64,000 nucleotides of DNA, taken from assembly GCA_051294905.1 (NCBI GenBank), contig CM119372.1, positions 2,110,001 to 2,174,000 on the forward strand, read 5' to 3'. The DNA is from Botryllus schlosseri (taxonomy: Eukaryota). Below, piece by piece: positions 1 to 14,612 of this stretch; position 1 is the stretch's first letter; the number at the start of each line of letters is the position of its first letter. Both the position numbers and the translations under genes were made by a program. A model generated the notes under the pieces. That model had not been told where the DNA came from and ran no database searches. It saw only the letters and a program-made list of their open reading frames with translations.

Positions 1-293
1 TCGACAGATTGCTATTTGCAGGTGGAGGGGCGGATAGTGTAATAGTCACGAGCCAGCTAGCTATACACGGTATTCAGAGTGCAGACTGCGCCCAAGTGTA
101 ATGAAACTCGCACAGATGGTATGCATTCGCACGGATGGTCTACACGTCTTCATTAAGGGGTTGTTAATACGTACAATATGAGTGTATACCCCTGTATTAC
201 TACCGTATTACTACTGTATTATTCATTTTTAGACTTATTTGACCAGCGATGTGCATATGCGTGTATAGTCATTTGTGATTTGTGATTACTGTA

Positions 294-3200
294 ATGAAGG
301 AAGAACAGACGAACGGTAGCCACGAATCGACAAATGTAAACCACAGGAAAGCCCATGCTAACGATCGACCGAAGCTAAAAACTGAAAAAATATACAAAAG
401 TCTCGTGTGTCCCGAGGATAACGGAATAGCAGAGAACTGCACTACGGGAGCCGACACAAGCGCCAACTGCAACCACTGCAGTAACTGTAATGGTTCATGC
501 TGCGAGAATGGTGTATGTGAACAGTCGCGACGGACCAAATCAACGCGATGCGACACTGAGAAAGTGCCATCAGATGCTTGCTGTGCGGATAAAAAGAAGA
601 AGAATATATTGTTTAGAAAATCAACAAATTTATTCGTGTCGGGGATATGCATGCTTGCCGTGACGGGCGTATCTATTGCGGATATTGCGACGGATGTCTT
701 AACGGCTCGTAAGTATCTTAGTACTATCTGGACAGTGTGCGTGGACTTGGTCAACTAGATAATTCTAGTGGTATAATTATACAAATTAGAGCGAAATAAC
801 GGTAGTCTAATTCTAATCTAATTTGTGAAATCGTTCTATGCTCAAATGTTAATTTCTAAATCATGGTTTTCCTGGAAATTATACAAGAGAGAGAGAGAGA
901 GCCGTGAAGTGCGAAACGAGCCCAAGCTTGGTGTATGGGCAATTGGGCATTTGTCATATTCAAATTCTATGTTTCCGTAAATCCGGTGATTTTAATTCTA
1001 ATCAAATTTCAAAAAAAAATGTGTTCCTATAATTCTAATTCTGATTCTCAAATTCGATGTTGTCGCGACTTCAGTGATTCTAATTCTAATGTAATTTGGA
1101 AAAAAACTGTGTAGCTCGCTAGCTCCTATATCATTCTAATTCTAATCCAAGTTAGAAATGCTGAAAATATATATGTATAAAATATATATAAAATTTATAA
1201 ATATGCATGTCAATTGACCAAGCATTCGGTATTGATATGCCCCGTCGTCGAAATGGCCGGCACCGAATAGTCCCGTTCTTGCAATCTGAGCCCCGCTGTA
1301 AAAATGCGACACGCAGAGCAGAATTGTGCACACCAATTTGAAATCGAGTGGATCACACAGAACTGCGTTGGGTACAATTGGCTGCCCGCGCGTTCTCTAT
1401 TTCATACATGCCCGTAATATCATCATCAGCATCATTGGTTTATTAGCTATTCTATCAGTTCAATACACCACAAAATGCGATACAATGAAAAGATAGGAAG
1501 GTGTCGAAACGACTTGGAGTAGTCTATGGACTCAGACACCCGTAGCATAACGTAATAACGTAGCATACTAAGATCAAATTGCATTCACTTCGATTTGTGA
1601 CGCTTGTGTTGCGAGATGCTAATGAAAATTAGATTTAGGTCGCGGTCTAAAACAAGACTGCTATATAATGATGCTTTCAAGTTTCAAGTAGAATCCAGTC
1701 ACGGACCGGATGATGTGGGTGGAGGAATATTGATGCCTAATCGTCAGATTTTGGGGCACTCCATTAACGATTGTCACGCTCCTCATGGTCGCTATTGTGA
1801 CGTAGGATCAATTAACGACAATACACTGTTGTTGGCTCGCTACACCCACTTAACCGAATAAATCGCTTTCACAGTTTTAATCCGCGACAATCAAGTGCGG
1901 GAAGAGGTGCCGTCGCTATGGTTTCGTGTTCACTTATCATCATTGAAATTGGTGCGAAACGAAGCATGTAGCACGTTTTTGTGTAACATTGTATGCTCAA
2001 TGCTCAATGTTCGTAATAAATTTAAGAACCCAACTCAGAATTATATCGCGGGTTGTAGATCCTACGCGCATTCGCGCATACATGCATATCTTCCTACGTG
2101 CATGCATGTTTCGGATTATAATGCTGTACTCGTTTTATACCGCGGTATAAATCTGAGGTGGGTTCTGGTTTCGTGTGCCATGTGTTTCGATATTCACACC
2201 CGTATATCAGGGGTGGTACACGGGTGGAAACACACCGTCTTTTCGATAAGAGTGAAGCTGTAGGGCAGTGGTTCTTAACCGGGGAATGCGAAGCAATTTC
2301 GGGGGGAGGGGGGGTCCGCGAAACCTCCAAATTTGCAAAATGTTCGATAATTTAATTACTATTTTTGTTTAATTAGAGAAATCACGAAGTAGTTTCGCTT
2401 CATAACTGCTAAAACTCACGTAAACAGAATGGCCGTGCGAGATGAAGTATTCTACCGTGCAAACTCATTTTAATCGCCCAATTGCCAAACTGATGCAAAC
2501 ATATTGCTCTGTTTAGAGATGTTTTGTTAGGGTTTCGGAATCAATTCGCTTGCAAAAAAATCCATTCTCTCCTGTGATATACTATATACCAGTGGACGGG
2601 AACCTATGGCTCGCGAGCCATATGTGGATTGAGTATAAGATATGGCTCTTTAAAAAATTTTGAATTTTGTACTCAATTTATCAGTATTGCAGCAACTTGT
2701 TAATAGATTTTCATGACAGGGAGAAAAATCATGCTCGTGTCAGCATAAACATGTCTTCTATGGGTTAAGACAGTGGGGTATCCAGGGGCTCGTACAGCCC
2801 TCTTTTCAAAATCCCTGAATTTAAGTTGCTGTCGCACCGGCAACTAACACCACTCGCGAATCCGATCTAACCACCATCGCGCGCCTAGAAATCTTGAATT
2901 TAACGATACCTTGATTGACGAAGAGAACAGCAGACATGCCGACCCTTGTAGGACAATGCAATTTTCAAATACACATTGTCCTCCTCATCTACGCCGAGAA
3001 ATAAAATGCCTTGGAAGTGACATTCACAATTACAAGTTCAAATTAAAAACAGCACCATAGCTATTCATTTTCTCGATTGATTAGCAGTTTTCTAGCACCG
3101 CCGTAAAAATGCAGGGGTGTAACGCAACATTAGGTTACGCCGAATATCTTCGAAGTCGATCAATACTTATAGATTTTCAGAATCAGCGCGACAGTTACAT

Positions 3201-6200
3201 TTGATTAATATCATCGATCATAAATTCTAAGAAGCTATTTACGATGAGTTGCACTGTCACGGGTGAGGCTTGGCTCGTCTGTGCCTCATCTGAGCCTTAC
3301 CTCTCCTTGCGCGCTTTATTTCCGAACAATAAATATGAAAACTCCGTGATTTTGGGAATAAAAATGTCCAAAATCTAGTGACTAGTCGTTAATAAACATT
3401 GATAGAAAATACCAATAAATATTGAAGGGCTCACAATTTTCCTTCACTCATCCCTGATGACATCTGAGGCACTACCTCCCTGGCTCCCCTAACCCCACGT
3501 CACTCACGTATCACACGCTGGGTATGTACTGATGTAGTGACCATGTTCGGCTCCACCGTTACACCTACCCGCGTGGCAAGAAAAAATATGGCGCACACTA
3601 CGAATCTCATATATTAGTGCTACCAATACGTCGCGGATGTTCAATTGTGACGTAATAGTTGATTGACATGGATGGCTCATTGGGAGTTACAATTGAAAAT
3701 ATTGGGCCGATATGGCTCTTCGGTCGAAAAAGGTTCCCGACCACTGCTATATACTAACCTCAAGATGAGCTGCTACTTAGAAATGACTAGGCTGGACGTT
3801 ATATTAATACAATGATGATGATGATATTGGTGCCATGTATGTTGCGATCAAGCCCAAAGGTGTCGTTGGAAGCGTTACGCGTTATTATTACATTCGCCAC
3901 CACACCACCTATCTTTGTGGATTTTCGGCACTCGTTCATGTCAAATCGACGGCGTGGGTTTTCGAGACACGACAGCGTATTGCAAGAAATCCAGCCACAG
4001 AATTAGCTTTGAACTAATAAACATTTTTCCAATTTCTACATAAATAGTATGATGTTCATTTTAAGAAATGGTCATTTTTTGCTTTTTATCACTAGCATTC
4101 AGGTAATATTTGCGCAAGACATGACGGTTGCACGGTAATAGAGCTAAATTTGAACTAAAACTTGGGTTAGGTCCGTGACGGTCCAAAGGGATCCGCGAAG
4201 ACAAAAAGGTCAAGACGCACTCCCTTATACTTATGATTGGTGATGAAGGGCCCGTCTTGGCCGGCATCGATCTCAGATAATAGTTATGCCCGGTCGGATT
4301 GTTACTGGATATTGCGGGTACTGTGCAATGTGCATGGTAGATTTTTGTTTTTAGGACTAGCGTAATTTGAACTTCGTCGTAGGCTTGCGGAATAGCGGAC
4401 CGCTGTACTAACTGAATGGTTAGCTGGTAGCTATTGTTCACGTTGGAGACATTGCACCATGCATTCACTGACCGAAGTTACGGTCACAATATCATCACCA
4501 TCATCCTCTTTGACGAATCATCTTTAAGTGGCTACTAAGCGGTATTCAGCGACTTTGCTAGTGTTTTAACGTTACTTTGTGAAACTTCCATTCGACACAA
4601 ATTACGTTAAAATGAAACGGTTACGTGTTACTACTTATTATTAGGGCTGGGCAAAATGATTCGAGTACTCGAATCTGAATCGAGTAGTAATTTTAATGAT
4701 TCGAGTCGAGTAGTAAAAGACGATTTTTTCGAGCACTGAAATTATACGGTCCTCGCAACTGAAAGTTAATTTACTGACGAGAATTATAGTTTTGATACTA
4801 TTTTCCACTGAGGAAGCCGTGAAACCTTGAATGGCCGTGTTTGAGCATACCAGGCACAGTTTAAAGCTACGAACGTTACTGGAAATAACACATTTCCGAA
4901 GTCATTATCATCCAACAAAATTGTTAAGAAGTGCAATGAAATCGGTATGGTCGAAAAAATACCAAAGTATCTTTAATGTGATAGATAACAGGCATTACGT
5001 TCTTTGTGGTGGCATAAAAGGTTCATATTTGGACTTCGACATAGTACATCCTGTTGTGACGTCATAATGAGTGATACTCGATTACTCGACTCGACTCGAA
5101 GCATATTACGTGATTCAGAATCGAATCCCTCAGGTACTCGATTTTGCCCAGCCCTACTTATTATACGATGTACATTGTACATCGTAGGCTACAATGTACG
5201 TACACGAAGCATTGTTACGCGGAATATAAGGGAATGCGTAACTGCCATTTTGCGTCAGTGTTCTAACGAATGACGCAATTGTGTTACTGCGGCGAGAATA
5301 TCATTCGAGGCTTCGGCATCAGCGCGAGCACTTGGCAAATTTCGATTCATACATTATTGACGATGTTTTCAGATACGGGATGAGTGGTATTTATTGTGTC
5401 GCCGCCTTGTCGGGCTACCGATGGGCTGTGCAGCAAGTGCCATGCAGTTAACTTGTCTTAAAACACATTTACGAATCACTCGACCTCAATTTTTGTAAAT
5501 ACTAACACATGCTAACCGGTAACCTGGGCTTTGAGACAACCCGACTGCCCGCCATACTGTGGTCACTGGTCAGTGTAAAAATATCCATTCGTAGTTTTCT
5601 GTTATAGTCTGTTACGCTATAGTGGGCAACATATGACCCGGGATTATTCCCAGTTTCTTTCTCGAACTATGTTATCAGATGTGTTCGATACGTCATAATT
5701 GATCTGTGACATTATGTCGTTATTTCAAAAATCGAAGCATTACTTTTCGTTCACGCGTACCGAGCAACAATGTTTCGGCATAGATACGTCATAGAATTTC
5801 CCACCATAAACACTGTTTTAACCAATCCAGAATTTCTACACCAAGAACTATGACTCCACGCTGGAATTTAGCGAAATTTTGATGCATCGTTTTCCAAGGC
5901 AACCTATCAATTTCATGGGGTAGCCAGTGAAATTTGAAAAATTATATAGATATTTTTGAAATGTTAATATGCTCTAAATTCAATCCCTGTTTTACCGTAA
6001 ATGCTACAGGAGACCTGTCTAGTTCGAAACGAGCTGAGCTCGCTGTACAGACGTTTGCCATCCTCGTGCTCACAAGAATGGACCATGATACGACACAAAC
6101 TTGATTCGATATCCAAGTTTTCTCGAATTCAGTAATTATGATTATAATCTAATTTGAAAAAAAAACTGTGTGGCTATAGTTCAAATTTTATTCAAATTTG

Positions 6201-9200
6201 GAAATAGCTGTATAGTTATAATTCTTATTCTACTCTAATTTGAATAAATCGTTGTTGATGTAATTCTAATTCTACTCTGATTTAGAAAAGCTGAAAGTTT
6301 TCTATTAGTCCAACGCTGGTCATTAATACGAAAACACTGCTCTATTAGAGAGTTCTTTCCTTTTCAGGTGAATATTATAAGAGCGAGCGATATACTGCGT
6401 TCTCCTTATCTCTGGTATTTCTTATCGTGCCGCCGATTCTACTGACCGCCGGCATTATTCGTCGTCGCGATGACACTGTCCGTAACACCTCAACCAAGAC
6501 AATATCCTGCTGCGGAAAGGTAATTGTAAAGTTGATGTGCAATTTCAGGATTTTTCTACGCAATTAAGGGCTTGTATAACTGTAATGTGTTGTGATCTCG
6601 TTGTATTCGGCGTGATTAGTTCCCGCGTTGTAATCCGCATTCCAAGAGTAGGCTACCTGAGTAATTGTATCGCGAACGAGTGTTTGTGACGACACATTTC
6701 GATGTCATACCAGTATGTATGATGTGAAAGTTGAAATATGTACCGGTACGTTTTATGCGACCACAAAGAAAACAATGCCAGCTCCAGTGGTGGCTTTTGG
6801 GGTGGGCGAGGTGGGCGGTCGCCCGGGCCGCCCCTGATCGAAGGCCCCCCCCCCTATTTGGATTCTGCGCTTTTTTCAAGGATAATGACGAATAAACACG
6901 TCTCTGCATGCGGTAGAATTACCTAGTTTTGATGTAGTCTATCCTTGCACACATGCAAAATAGGCATGGCCGAATCCAGCACCTGGGCAAACCTTTGCGG
7001 TGGTGAAAGATAGATGGTAATAACCGCTGCGAAAGGATAGATACTTATAGGGCCCCCCGGTAAGTCTCGCCCAGCCCCCCCCCCCCCCAGTTCGTAGGGC
7101 CACCACTGGCCAGCTCTACATCACATTTAAGATATAATACAATTTCCAAGCTTTTCCGAATTTCGTAATTCCAATTCCAAACGAATTTGGGAGGGCTGAC
7201 CATTTTGTGATTGTCCAACTCTGCATGATCACATGAAGAATCCGTTCTAGCAAATCGAGTCGAAATATATTTTGCAATCACGCGCGTCGCATGTTTGATG
7301 CTCATCATCGTACGATGACACCCATGCCCCATTTTTCTTTCAGTTTATCATTTTCATCTTGAACGTGCCACTGAAACTGTATATGATCTGGCTGCAGTTA
7401 GTATTTGCGTACAGATGTTTCAAAAGATTTCACAAATGGAGGTAAGATATGTTGCGTCGAAAGGAGTAGGCCGTTGTATTCGACATTTCATTGTCGTATG
7501 GCGCTGCCGACTATATGTCAGTTGCGTAATCTGTTGGTGGTTTCTTCAAGACATATCGTAATCGTGTGCGAGCCCTAGGTCAAAGCTACCTTTTGAAACT
7601 GCTTACTTGAGTATTTTCCAAATCTTATCCTCTGCTTACATTTGAAGTACTTTTGAAGTGTATTGGGAATCTCTACTTCTACTTGTAATTGAGAAGAAGT
7701 TTACGTCGTTACTTTCACTTCTACTTGAGGGTTGTAATGACTCGAGTAATGACTCGACTCAACTTGACTCGAGTCATTTTCTCAAAATGCTGAAAATGAC
7801 TCGACTCGACTAGGTCAATCTGTGCACTCTGTATGACCTGTACTCGAGTCATTGCGCATGGCAAGAACCAAGTCATATGACTCGGGGCTCGGACGGCCAA
7901 GCCCGACATTTCATTGTAATTTCGAACAATAGTAAAGTCACCACGCTGTCGGTATGTCGTCCACTAGCACGTGTACTTGAAAATTTGCCCCGAATCTGTT
8001 AAAAGTGAGGAAAATTTGTATATGATCGCGACGAATTCGATATCGCCAAGCAGAGATCTAAAATGTGAGTTTAGCTATGGACTTTACCTCGAAACTGAAC
8101 CGTCAACGCGATGACTTAGACTCGTACTTGAGTCATAACACCGTGACTCGGACTCGACCCTCTGCTCACCGACTTGAACACGGACTTGACTCGGTGTTGA
8201 ATTGAAAATGACTCGACTTGACTCGAGTCAAAACTATGGAAGTGTGACTGACTTGTGACTCGGTAACCACCCTGCTTCTACTTGACTACCCACCAGGGTT
8301 GTAATGACTCTAGTCGGACTGGAGTCGCAAATTTCCTTTACTCGACTCGAGTAACTTTGTGTATTGACTCGACTTGTGCTCGAGTCATGACTCGATCTAA
8401 TGATAGTCAACTCGTGGCATTTTATGTGACTTTATTCGTGTCTCGTGTATCAGGACCGATACTTGGGAAATACTCTGACCATCTCTGAATAACAATATGC
8501 TCGGCAATCATATTTGCAGGAATCAAGCGGTTACGCACTAAAGATTTGACGCCAAACTTTTGCCGCATTTTTTGCAGGAAGTCACGCTGTATTTCTCAGG
8601 AAGAGAATTTGATGGAAGGGTCGCTGTCACATTTCATTACAGAGCTGACACTGTACAAGTTGTGGAATAGCATTTTCGAATCGATGCCACAGGTGAGATC
8701 GAATCGTGTTTTGACCACTGCTTATGGGACACTCGGACGCGGTCGCCCAGTATGTCTGTTCGCCTCCATTATTCCATTTTGATGTCATTGTCGTAATATT
8801 TGGCGTCATATCAGATTGTTGATATGCAATGTTCCATACTTGGTCAACTATTGGAAATTTTCAGCATTCCCAAATTAGCTTAGAATTAGATTACTGGCAT
8901 TTCGATCTAATTTAGTGAAATTAGACAACTAGAATTACCTAGCTGTCCAAGTCTGCAATATTTTTTTCAAATTTTCTACAATACTTGCTAACGATTATCA
9001 CTGAAGAGTGTCAGCCGAGAATATTCGGTTTTATTTCAGTAGCAATACCTGTATATTATTCTATTCTAATCCTATTAATAGATAATCTCAGTATCTTATC
9101 GCTATGTGAATTGGGACTGAGGAACTACTACCAAAAGACTTGCCAACATTACTAATCTGACTTGCAAGATAAATGCCTAGTAAAAGGTAGCAGTCTCGAT

Positions 9201-12200
9201 ATGGGTTGCTATGGATCAATTTATTGCCGATTTATCAGCGTCGGCGAACACTCATTTGGAATTGAGGCAAACTTAGTGCGCTGCGTTTTTCTATGTGGCC
9301 TAACAATTTAATCTGCGAGTCCCTGGAATCCGAAAAAAAAAAGTTATTTTTGAACAACCCCATGTGTAGCCATAATTCCAATCTCCATCTTATTTCATGG
9401 CTGGCTGGCTGTAAGACACTTCAGCTTATCGTAGGTTAAAAATTCTGTGTCGTTTTCAGCTTCTTCTCACCATCCACGTTATCATGACCGAGACGGATTT
9501 CAGAACAAGCAAAATGTATCTTCTCGTCTTATCGTCCACGTTTTCGTTCGTGTCCCTCTGCGTGGGTATCATTTACTACGCCCTCAAGGCGAAGGAGGCC
9601 GAGTCCAAATCGAGGAACAAAACGAAGCCGCACGCACAGCAGCAGTTACGGGCGAAGTCCACTGTTCTCGGAATACCGCAAATTACGTTGATTTCTGTAA
9701 GTGAGCCGGTGATACTCTTGGAGGTGTGGAACTTCAGTATACACTATAAGCGAAAATTGTACAAAACACCCGTGGTATACAGGTGTGGATATACACCCGT
9801 TGTACTCGAAACCAGTATCTACCTCAGACTTACACAAAGGTATAAATCAAACTCGGCATTATAATCCAAATGATCCTTGCACGTAGGGACGTGGAAGATA
9901 CACACGTGTGAACGTAGGATTTATAACTTCCGAGTAAGGTTCTGTTATCGTGTACCACCTTTAGGGTGTGAATACACACATTTTAGTGTCAGAGGGTGTG
10001 TATCGGATTTACACCCTTACAAAACGAGTCGAATACAAGAATCCTTATGGAGATACATTGGTTATGTTTACGTGCACTACCCTAAGATATCCCAAAATAT
10101 GATACACGAAATCAGAACTACACCCCTGGGATATATCTCCATAAGAATTGGTGTGTTTGACTCATTGCCACCTATTCGGTGGGGAAGCCGAAGGGTGTGA
10201 AAGTACAATTTTGTTACTCGAGAGTGTCGCTGACCTGATTTACACCTCTCGCTATGGTGGAATCTGACGAATACGCCTTTGTTCCACCGTTGAATTTACT
10301 GTGTACAATTGAATAGTATATTCATATTGAAATAAACTGGAATCTTTTCGACTGAGATTCGCCACGGGTAATCGTCAGCAACTATTGTAGAGGGTTGGGA
10401 AGAAGATACGATTGTTGATATACAAAGTTCTATAGTTGCTGACGATTGCCCGTGACGAATACCAGACGAAAATAGTCGGGTTTATTTCAATATCAATATA
10501 TTATTCAATTGCAAGTAATCTGTAGTCGGTTGCTAGACTCGCATGCCTTGATGTTAGGGTATTGGAGCGCGTGAAATTGAATGGTTTTCCGGTTCATTCA
10601 CAATGTTTTCGAGCCGCTTATTATTAATAAAGCCAACCACTAATAGGGATTGCATAGGATTCGAAGTCATGCAAGCGAGTAATCCCACGTCATTATTAAC
10701 AATTTAAAACGGTAATCATGTGAAAGCAGCATCTGAATTCAGCGGTCACACACTTCATTTATCTTATCGCCGCCTTGCGTGTGCGCATTATACACAATCT
10801 TTACGCTAAGAATGATAGATGTACCTTTGCCATTGATTTCACGGCCAGCAATGGCTTCAAAGCTGTTAAAGTAAATGCTCTGATGTTTTGGAAACCCTCC
10901 TCAACATTGAAGCTGTATTTTTTTTAAATATAGGCTGAATATATCGGGGATATCGGTGAAGGTCCTACAAATCGGCTTTATCGGCATCGGCTCAACAATA
11001 CGATATCGGTCGGGTTTTACTTATTTTGCCTACGAGGCGCTTTGTGAGATTGCAGTTAATGATAAACTGATCCTTATAGCGAGATTGAGCTATCTGAATT
11101 TCCCTTTATCGCAATTTTGTGGTATTTAAATCGATGGAATTATCAAGAAACTGAACTGATATCGTTTTTGATTGTGCAGATATACACAGTCTGTTTTATG
11201 GGCTCCCGGACGCTGTCTTTGAGCTATTTCATCCTGTTCTACCACTGGTACGCGATCATCGTTCCCGGACTTCACTGGGTCGCGGTTTTCGTGTTTTTCG
11301 CTTATCGAAGATACGTCAATCAGAAGAATGTAAGTATGAATCCAGTTGGAGTGTGACTCGTGACGCCAAAACACTGTGAATGTTGCGGAAAGTTCACATA
11401 TATACCTTTTATGCGACCGCAATGGCTATGCCAGTTCTGCATCACATTAAAGATACTATGGTATTTTTGAACCCTACCTATAGTACCTACTTCATTGCAC
11501 TTTGTGAAAATGCCGTGGGCTGATCATAACTTCACTTCTATCTCATTTCAACTAGCTTACGTACTACGTCTTTCGTATATATGCTGTAATATGACTGGGG
11601 TTGCATTTAAAACAAACGGTGTTTTAAAACACTTTATTTAAAACATGTTTTAAACAGTGTTTAAAAAAAGCCATATTTAAAAAAAAAAATTTTTTTCAAG
11701 TTGTAAAATTGTGCCGTAATTGTGTAAATACTTCACAAAACACATTTTGTATGAGCCTACAAACAATTACCACCCGATATAGCCGACGTATATCGATATG
11801 GGATGGTCTGTTCAACAGCAATAGTACACATATTTCGTTAAATGAGCTATTTTTATCCTATATTTTCAATTACCAATGTCAATCCACTATGACGTCACAA
11901 TTGAATATTCGTGACGTCATGGATTGGAAAACACATAAAAAACATGTTTCAAATTAGGGCCTTATTATTTTAAACATGTTTGTTTTAAATTGTTTTTTGT
12001 TTGAAATGCAACCCTAGATATGACCAATAGTGTCTCAAGACTTCCATATAGCGGACTATACTATCGGAACTATATAATGTTCGTTGATATATTATCTCTC
12101 AGTGGCAAGGGTCGTATAATTTCAGTCTCGGAAAATTCATTTCCCGCTATACTCGAATCGAATCGTCAGAATCAAAACATATTGCACTGTCATACTAAAT

Positions 12201-14612
12201 AAGAGACGCCTGGCTTTTCTGTACGTTGGCGCGATAGTGTTTTAACTAAAAAGACTCGAATAATTGATGCGGCGCATTTAACATCCGTTTACATCCACAC
12301 ATCCGTTCTCTTTCACAGACAATGCAACATTACCGCGTGCAAACCTACACCCGACGCAGCTCAAGCTTCGTGTTCGTTTTCGTGCACAGCGTCATGAGCG
12401 TGTTCGTCCACATCAAGCCCGAGGTCGAGGAGGTGCTGGACCAGCCCAGATATTACAAAATCATTTTCTATTTTTTCTACACCCTCGAGAATTGCGTCAT
12501 GATGCTGCTGCCGTTGTTACTGAAGGAGCTGGCGATCGCTTTTCCCGCGATTCAGGTCAGTGAAGAGTTTAGCTGTTATTCCACGGAGTGCACGGAAGAG
12601 CGATTGTGACAAGGGCCACAGGTGGTCGAAACATCCAGCGTTGGTCCTCGAGTAGAGGTTCAAGCGACGTAAATTTATACTCGGATAGAAGTAGAAGTAG
12701 CGATTTCCAAGTAAGTTGTGAAGTCAGTGTTCTGGTCTTAGTTTTGCGCCTGGAAGCTGAAAACCTTGAAGCAGAAGTAGAAGTAGTCTGAAACATAACT
12801 TGGTACTTATAGCAGTGTGACATAAATTTCTGTGAAGAGTGAAGTTGAAATGGTCTAGAACTCGGTACTCGATCAGAAGTACAAGTTCGACATGAATTTC
12901 TATTTCTAACCACCTAAGTAAACTTTCTCTGATACTTTTAAAGTAGAATTACTTCGTTATGGATTAGTAGAGTGAGACAACAATAGAAAGTTTTCAATTT
13001 TTTCAAATTATAACGCTGAATTTTGCAAAAAACTCGGAAATCTATTTGCATTCCCAATTAGAAAGACATACCCAACAAAATCAAGTCTAGTTTATGATAT
13101 CATATGAGTTTTTTCTCACATGCACGAAAATAGCAAATGTCTGTACACCGAGCTTGGCTCGTTTCGCACTATGCACTTCTGTAGCATTTTTAGTAAATGG
13201 CAGAAATTATATTATCTTAATGAGAGTTCTTTATTTCAGGACAAAGTGATACTGGTGTCGTCCGGCGACCTTTCGAAATACCAATACTTTTTGTCTTTGT
13301 ATACCGTGCTCGGGGCTCTCGCCCTAGGCTGTTTCGCTTGTGCTATATACCATTTCATGGTTCACAAATCTGCGTCGTACACGAGGGAGCAGGTATTCGG
13401 ACCTTGCTGTAAATGCTGCTTTGGTCCCGGAGGGTTCCTGTGTTGGTCCTGCTCGTGTTGTTGCTGTTGCCGGGACCCGGATGAAGCCAAGGTATGATAT
13501 ATAGCTTGTACTCTGTTACTATCTTACAACTGCGTTAATGGGAATGTTCCTGCCAACGAATTTTGGCCTATAAAAGTGGTCCTTAACCGGGGTTGATATA
13601 AACCCCAGGCGTTCCCTGGATGCCAGGTCTAACACCCGACTCATACAGCGGAAGTCGCACTGATTTGCTGTAAATAGTCTTTATAATATTTTCGTTTTGT
13701 GGGAAAATCATATTTTAGCGGTTTTTCTCTTTTAACACTGTTGCTGATGCACAGTTTATTTTGAGCACCCATTTATCTGTTAGATAGATCGTTAGGTGTG
13801 TCCTGTGGGCGATTTTTGTCTTGTAACTAGGCGAAAATTTGGGTTTTGTCGAAGGCTTGCTGGCTAGCGTAACGGTCCGCCAGGTTATTAGAAGTTGGAT
13901 GTAATCGCGTCTTGTGAAATTGGCTGTGTGTGGTTTAAAAGAGTTGATATTAAGCTCGCTGATAGAGTCTCTTATAGAAGGGGTTGTCCGAATCGGCCAA
14001 CCTTTCCTTTGCTTGGGATATTGTTTTAACGATGACATCAAGATATAGGGGTAACCAACTATTTCGACCTGACATAAGAAGATAACGCCTTACTGAACAG
14101 TGAACATTGACGACCGCTAGATAACGTCTTGCTGAACATCGACAACCGCTGCTCAGTATACCCATTAGCTCATACGTTGTTTCCTTGTTTCTTGTGCGAT
14201 CAGTGATCACACTCGGTTTAGTATACATACAAACAATTTGATCATTAGCCTTCCTCCGTTGCAGATTTTCGTCACCTGTAAGAACATCCAGACTCACGAA
14301 ATCCACAGGACGTCCCTGAAAGACATCAAAATCTGGAAGGAGACGACAGAGAGCAAGCTCTTAAACCAGAAACCTCTGCGGTCGTGGAAGGTTTTGCAGA
14401 ACGAATACAGAGGATCGAGCGCAAAGGCCGCAGAGGCCGAACAAAGCGACCAGTCCGGCGAGGGCGTCGGCGACAGAACCGTGTCGCAAGGATCCGATTG
14501 TCCATACACCATGCGTCGTTCGGGATTGAACATATTGTCCGATCCGAAAGGACGGTTGTTTTACGCCCCCGTGGCCGATCTAAAGACCAAAACCATACCT
14601 GTGACCTATTAA
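294..14612 (+). CDS. XK-related (XKR family) multi-pass membrane protein, putative lipid scramblase; 9 coding exons, about 667 aa
   Basis: Exons 294-708, 6368-6519, 7344-7441, 8578-8692, 9460-9696, 11180-11329, 12319-12555, 13240-13491 and 14265-14612 all have GT-AG introns with matching phases (1,0,2,0,0,0,0,0) and total 2004 nt. The protein has XK-family motifs in order: ADIATDVLTAREYY..FSLSLVFLIVP, FESMPQLLL, FMGSR, LHW, YTLENCVM, IYHFMVH. An acceptor at 231-232 precedes the ATG. The subfamily cannot be resolved. Confidence 0.88.
1418..1543 (-). mobile_element. Isolated LINE 3' tail fragment
   Basis: Closely similar to 44031-44150 (catcattggtttatt..atcagttcaatacaccacaaaa..ggagtagtctatgga). 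Confidence 0.8.
2590..3746. mobile_element. hAT-type non-autonomous element
   Basis: TIRs CAGTGG.CGGGAACC / GGTTCCCGACCACTG with perfect TSD ctatatac. Confidence 0.85.
4642..5156. mobile_element. hAT-type MITE (TAGGGCTGGGCA family; decayed copies near 14740-15370, 27470, 31130 and 33650-34035)
   Basis: TIRs TAGGGCTGGGCAAAAT / ATTTTGCCCAGCCCTA with perfect TSD cttattat. Confidence 0.88.
6785..7108. mobile_element. hAT-type MITE nested in an older repeat
   Basis: TIRs CAGTGGTGGC / GCCACCACTG with perfect TSD gccagctc. Confidence 0.85.
7727..8420. repeat. GACTCGA-repeat MITE copies (family also at 37147-37483 and about 61220-61320)
   Basis: Termini AGGGTTGTAATGACTC with dense GACTCGA/GACTTGA subterminal repeats. 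Boundaries are approximate. Confidence 0.65.
11596..12016. mobile_element. hAT-type MITE (GGGTTGCATTT family)
   Basis: TIRs TGGGGTTGCATTT / AAATGCAACCCTA with TSD aatatgac / gatatgac; homologous to 40312-40707. Confidence 0.8.

Noticed and set aside
269..754. 161-aa minus-strand ORF
   Set aside because: Antisense shadow of XKR exon 1 with no independent support.
5373..5451. Exon-like stretch after ttttcag in XKR intron 1
   Set aside because: The required phase-1 frame hits TGA at once, and exon 1 joins 6368 cleanly with the XK motif intact.
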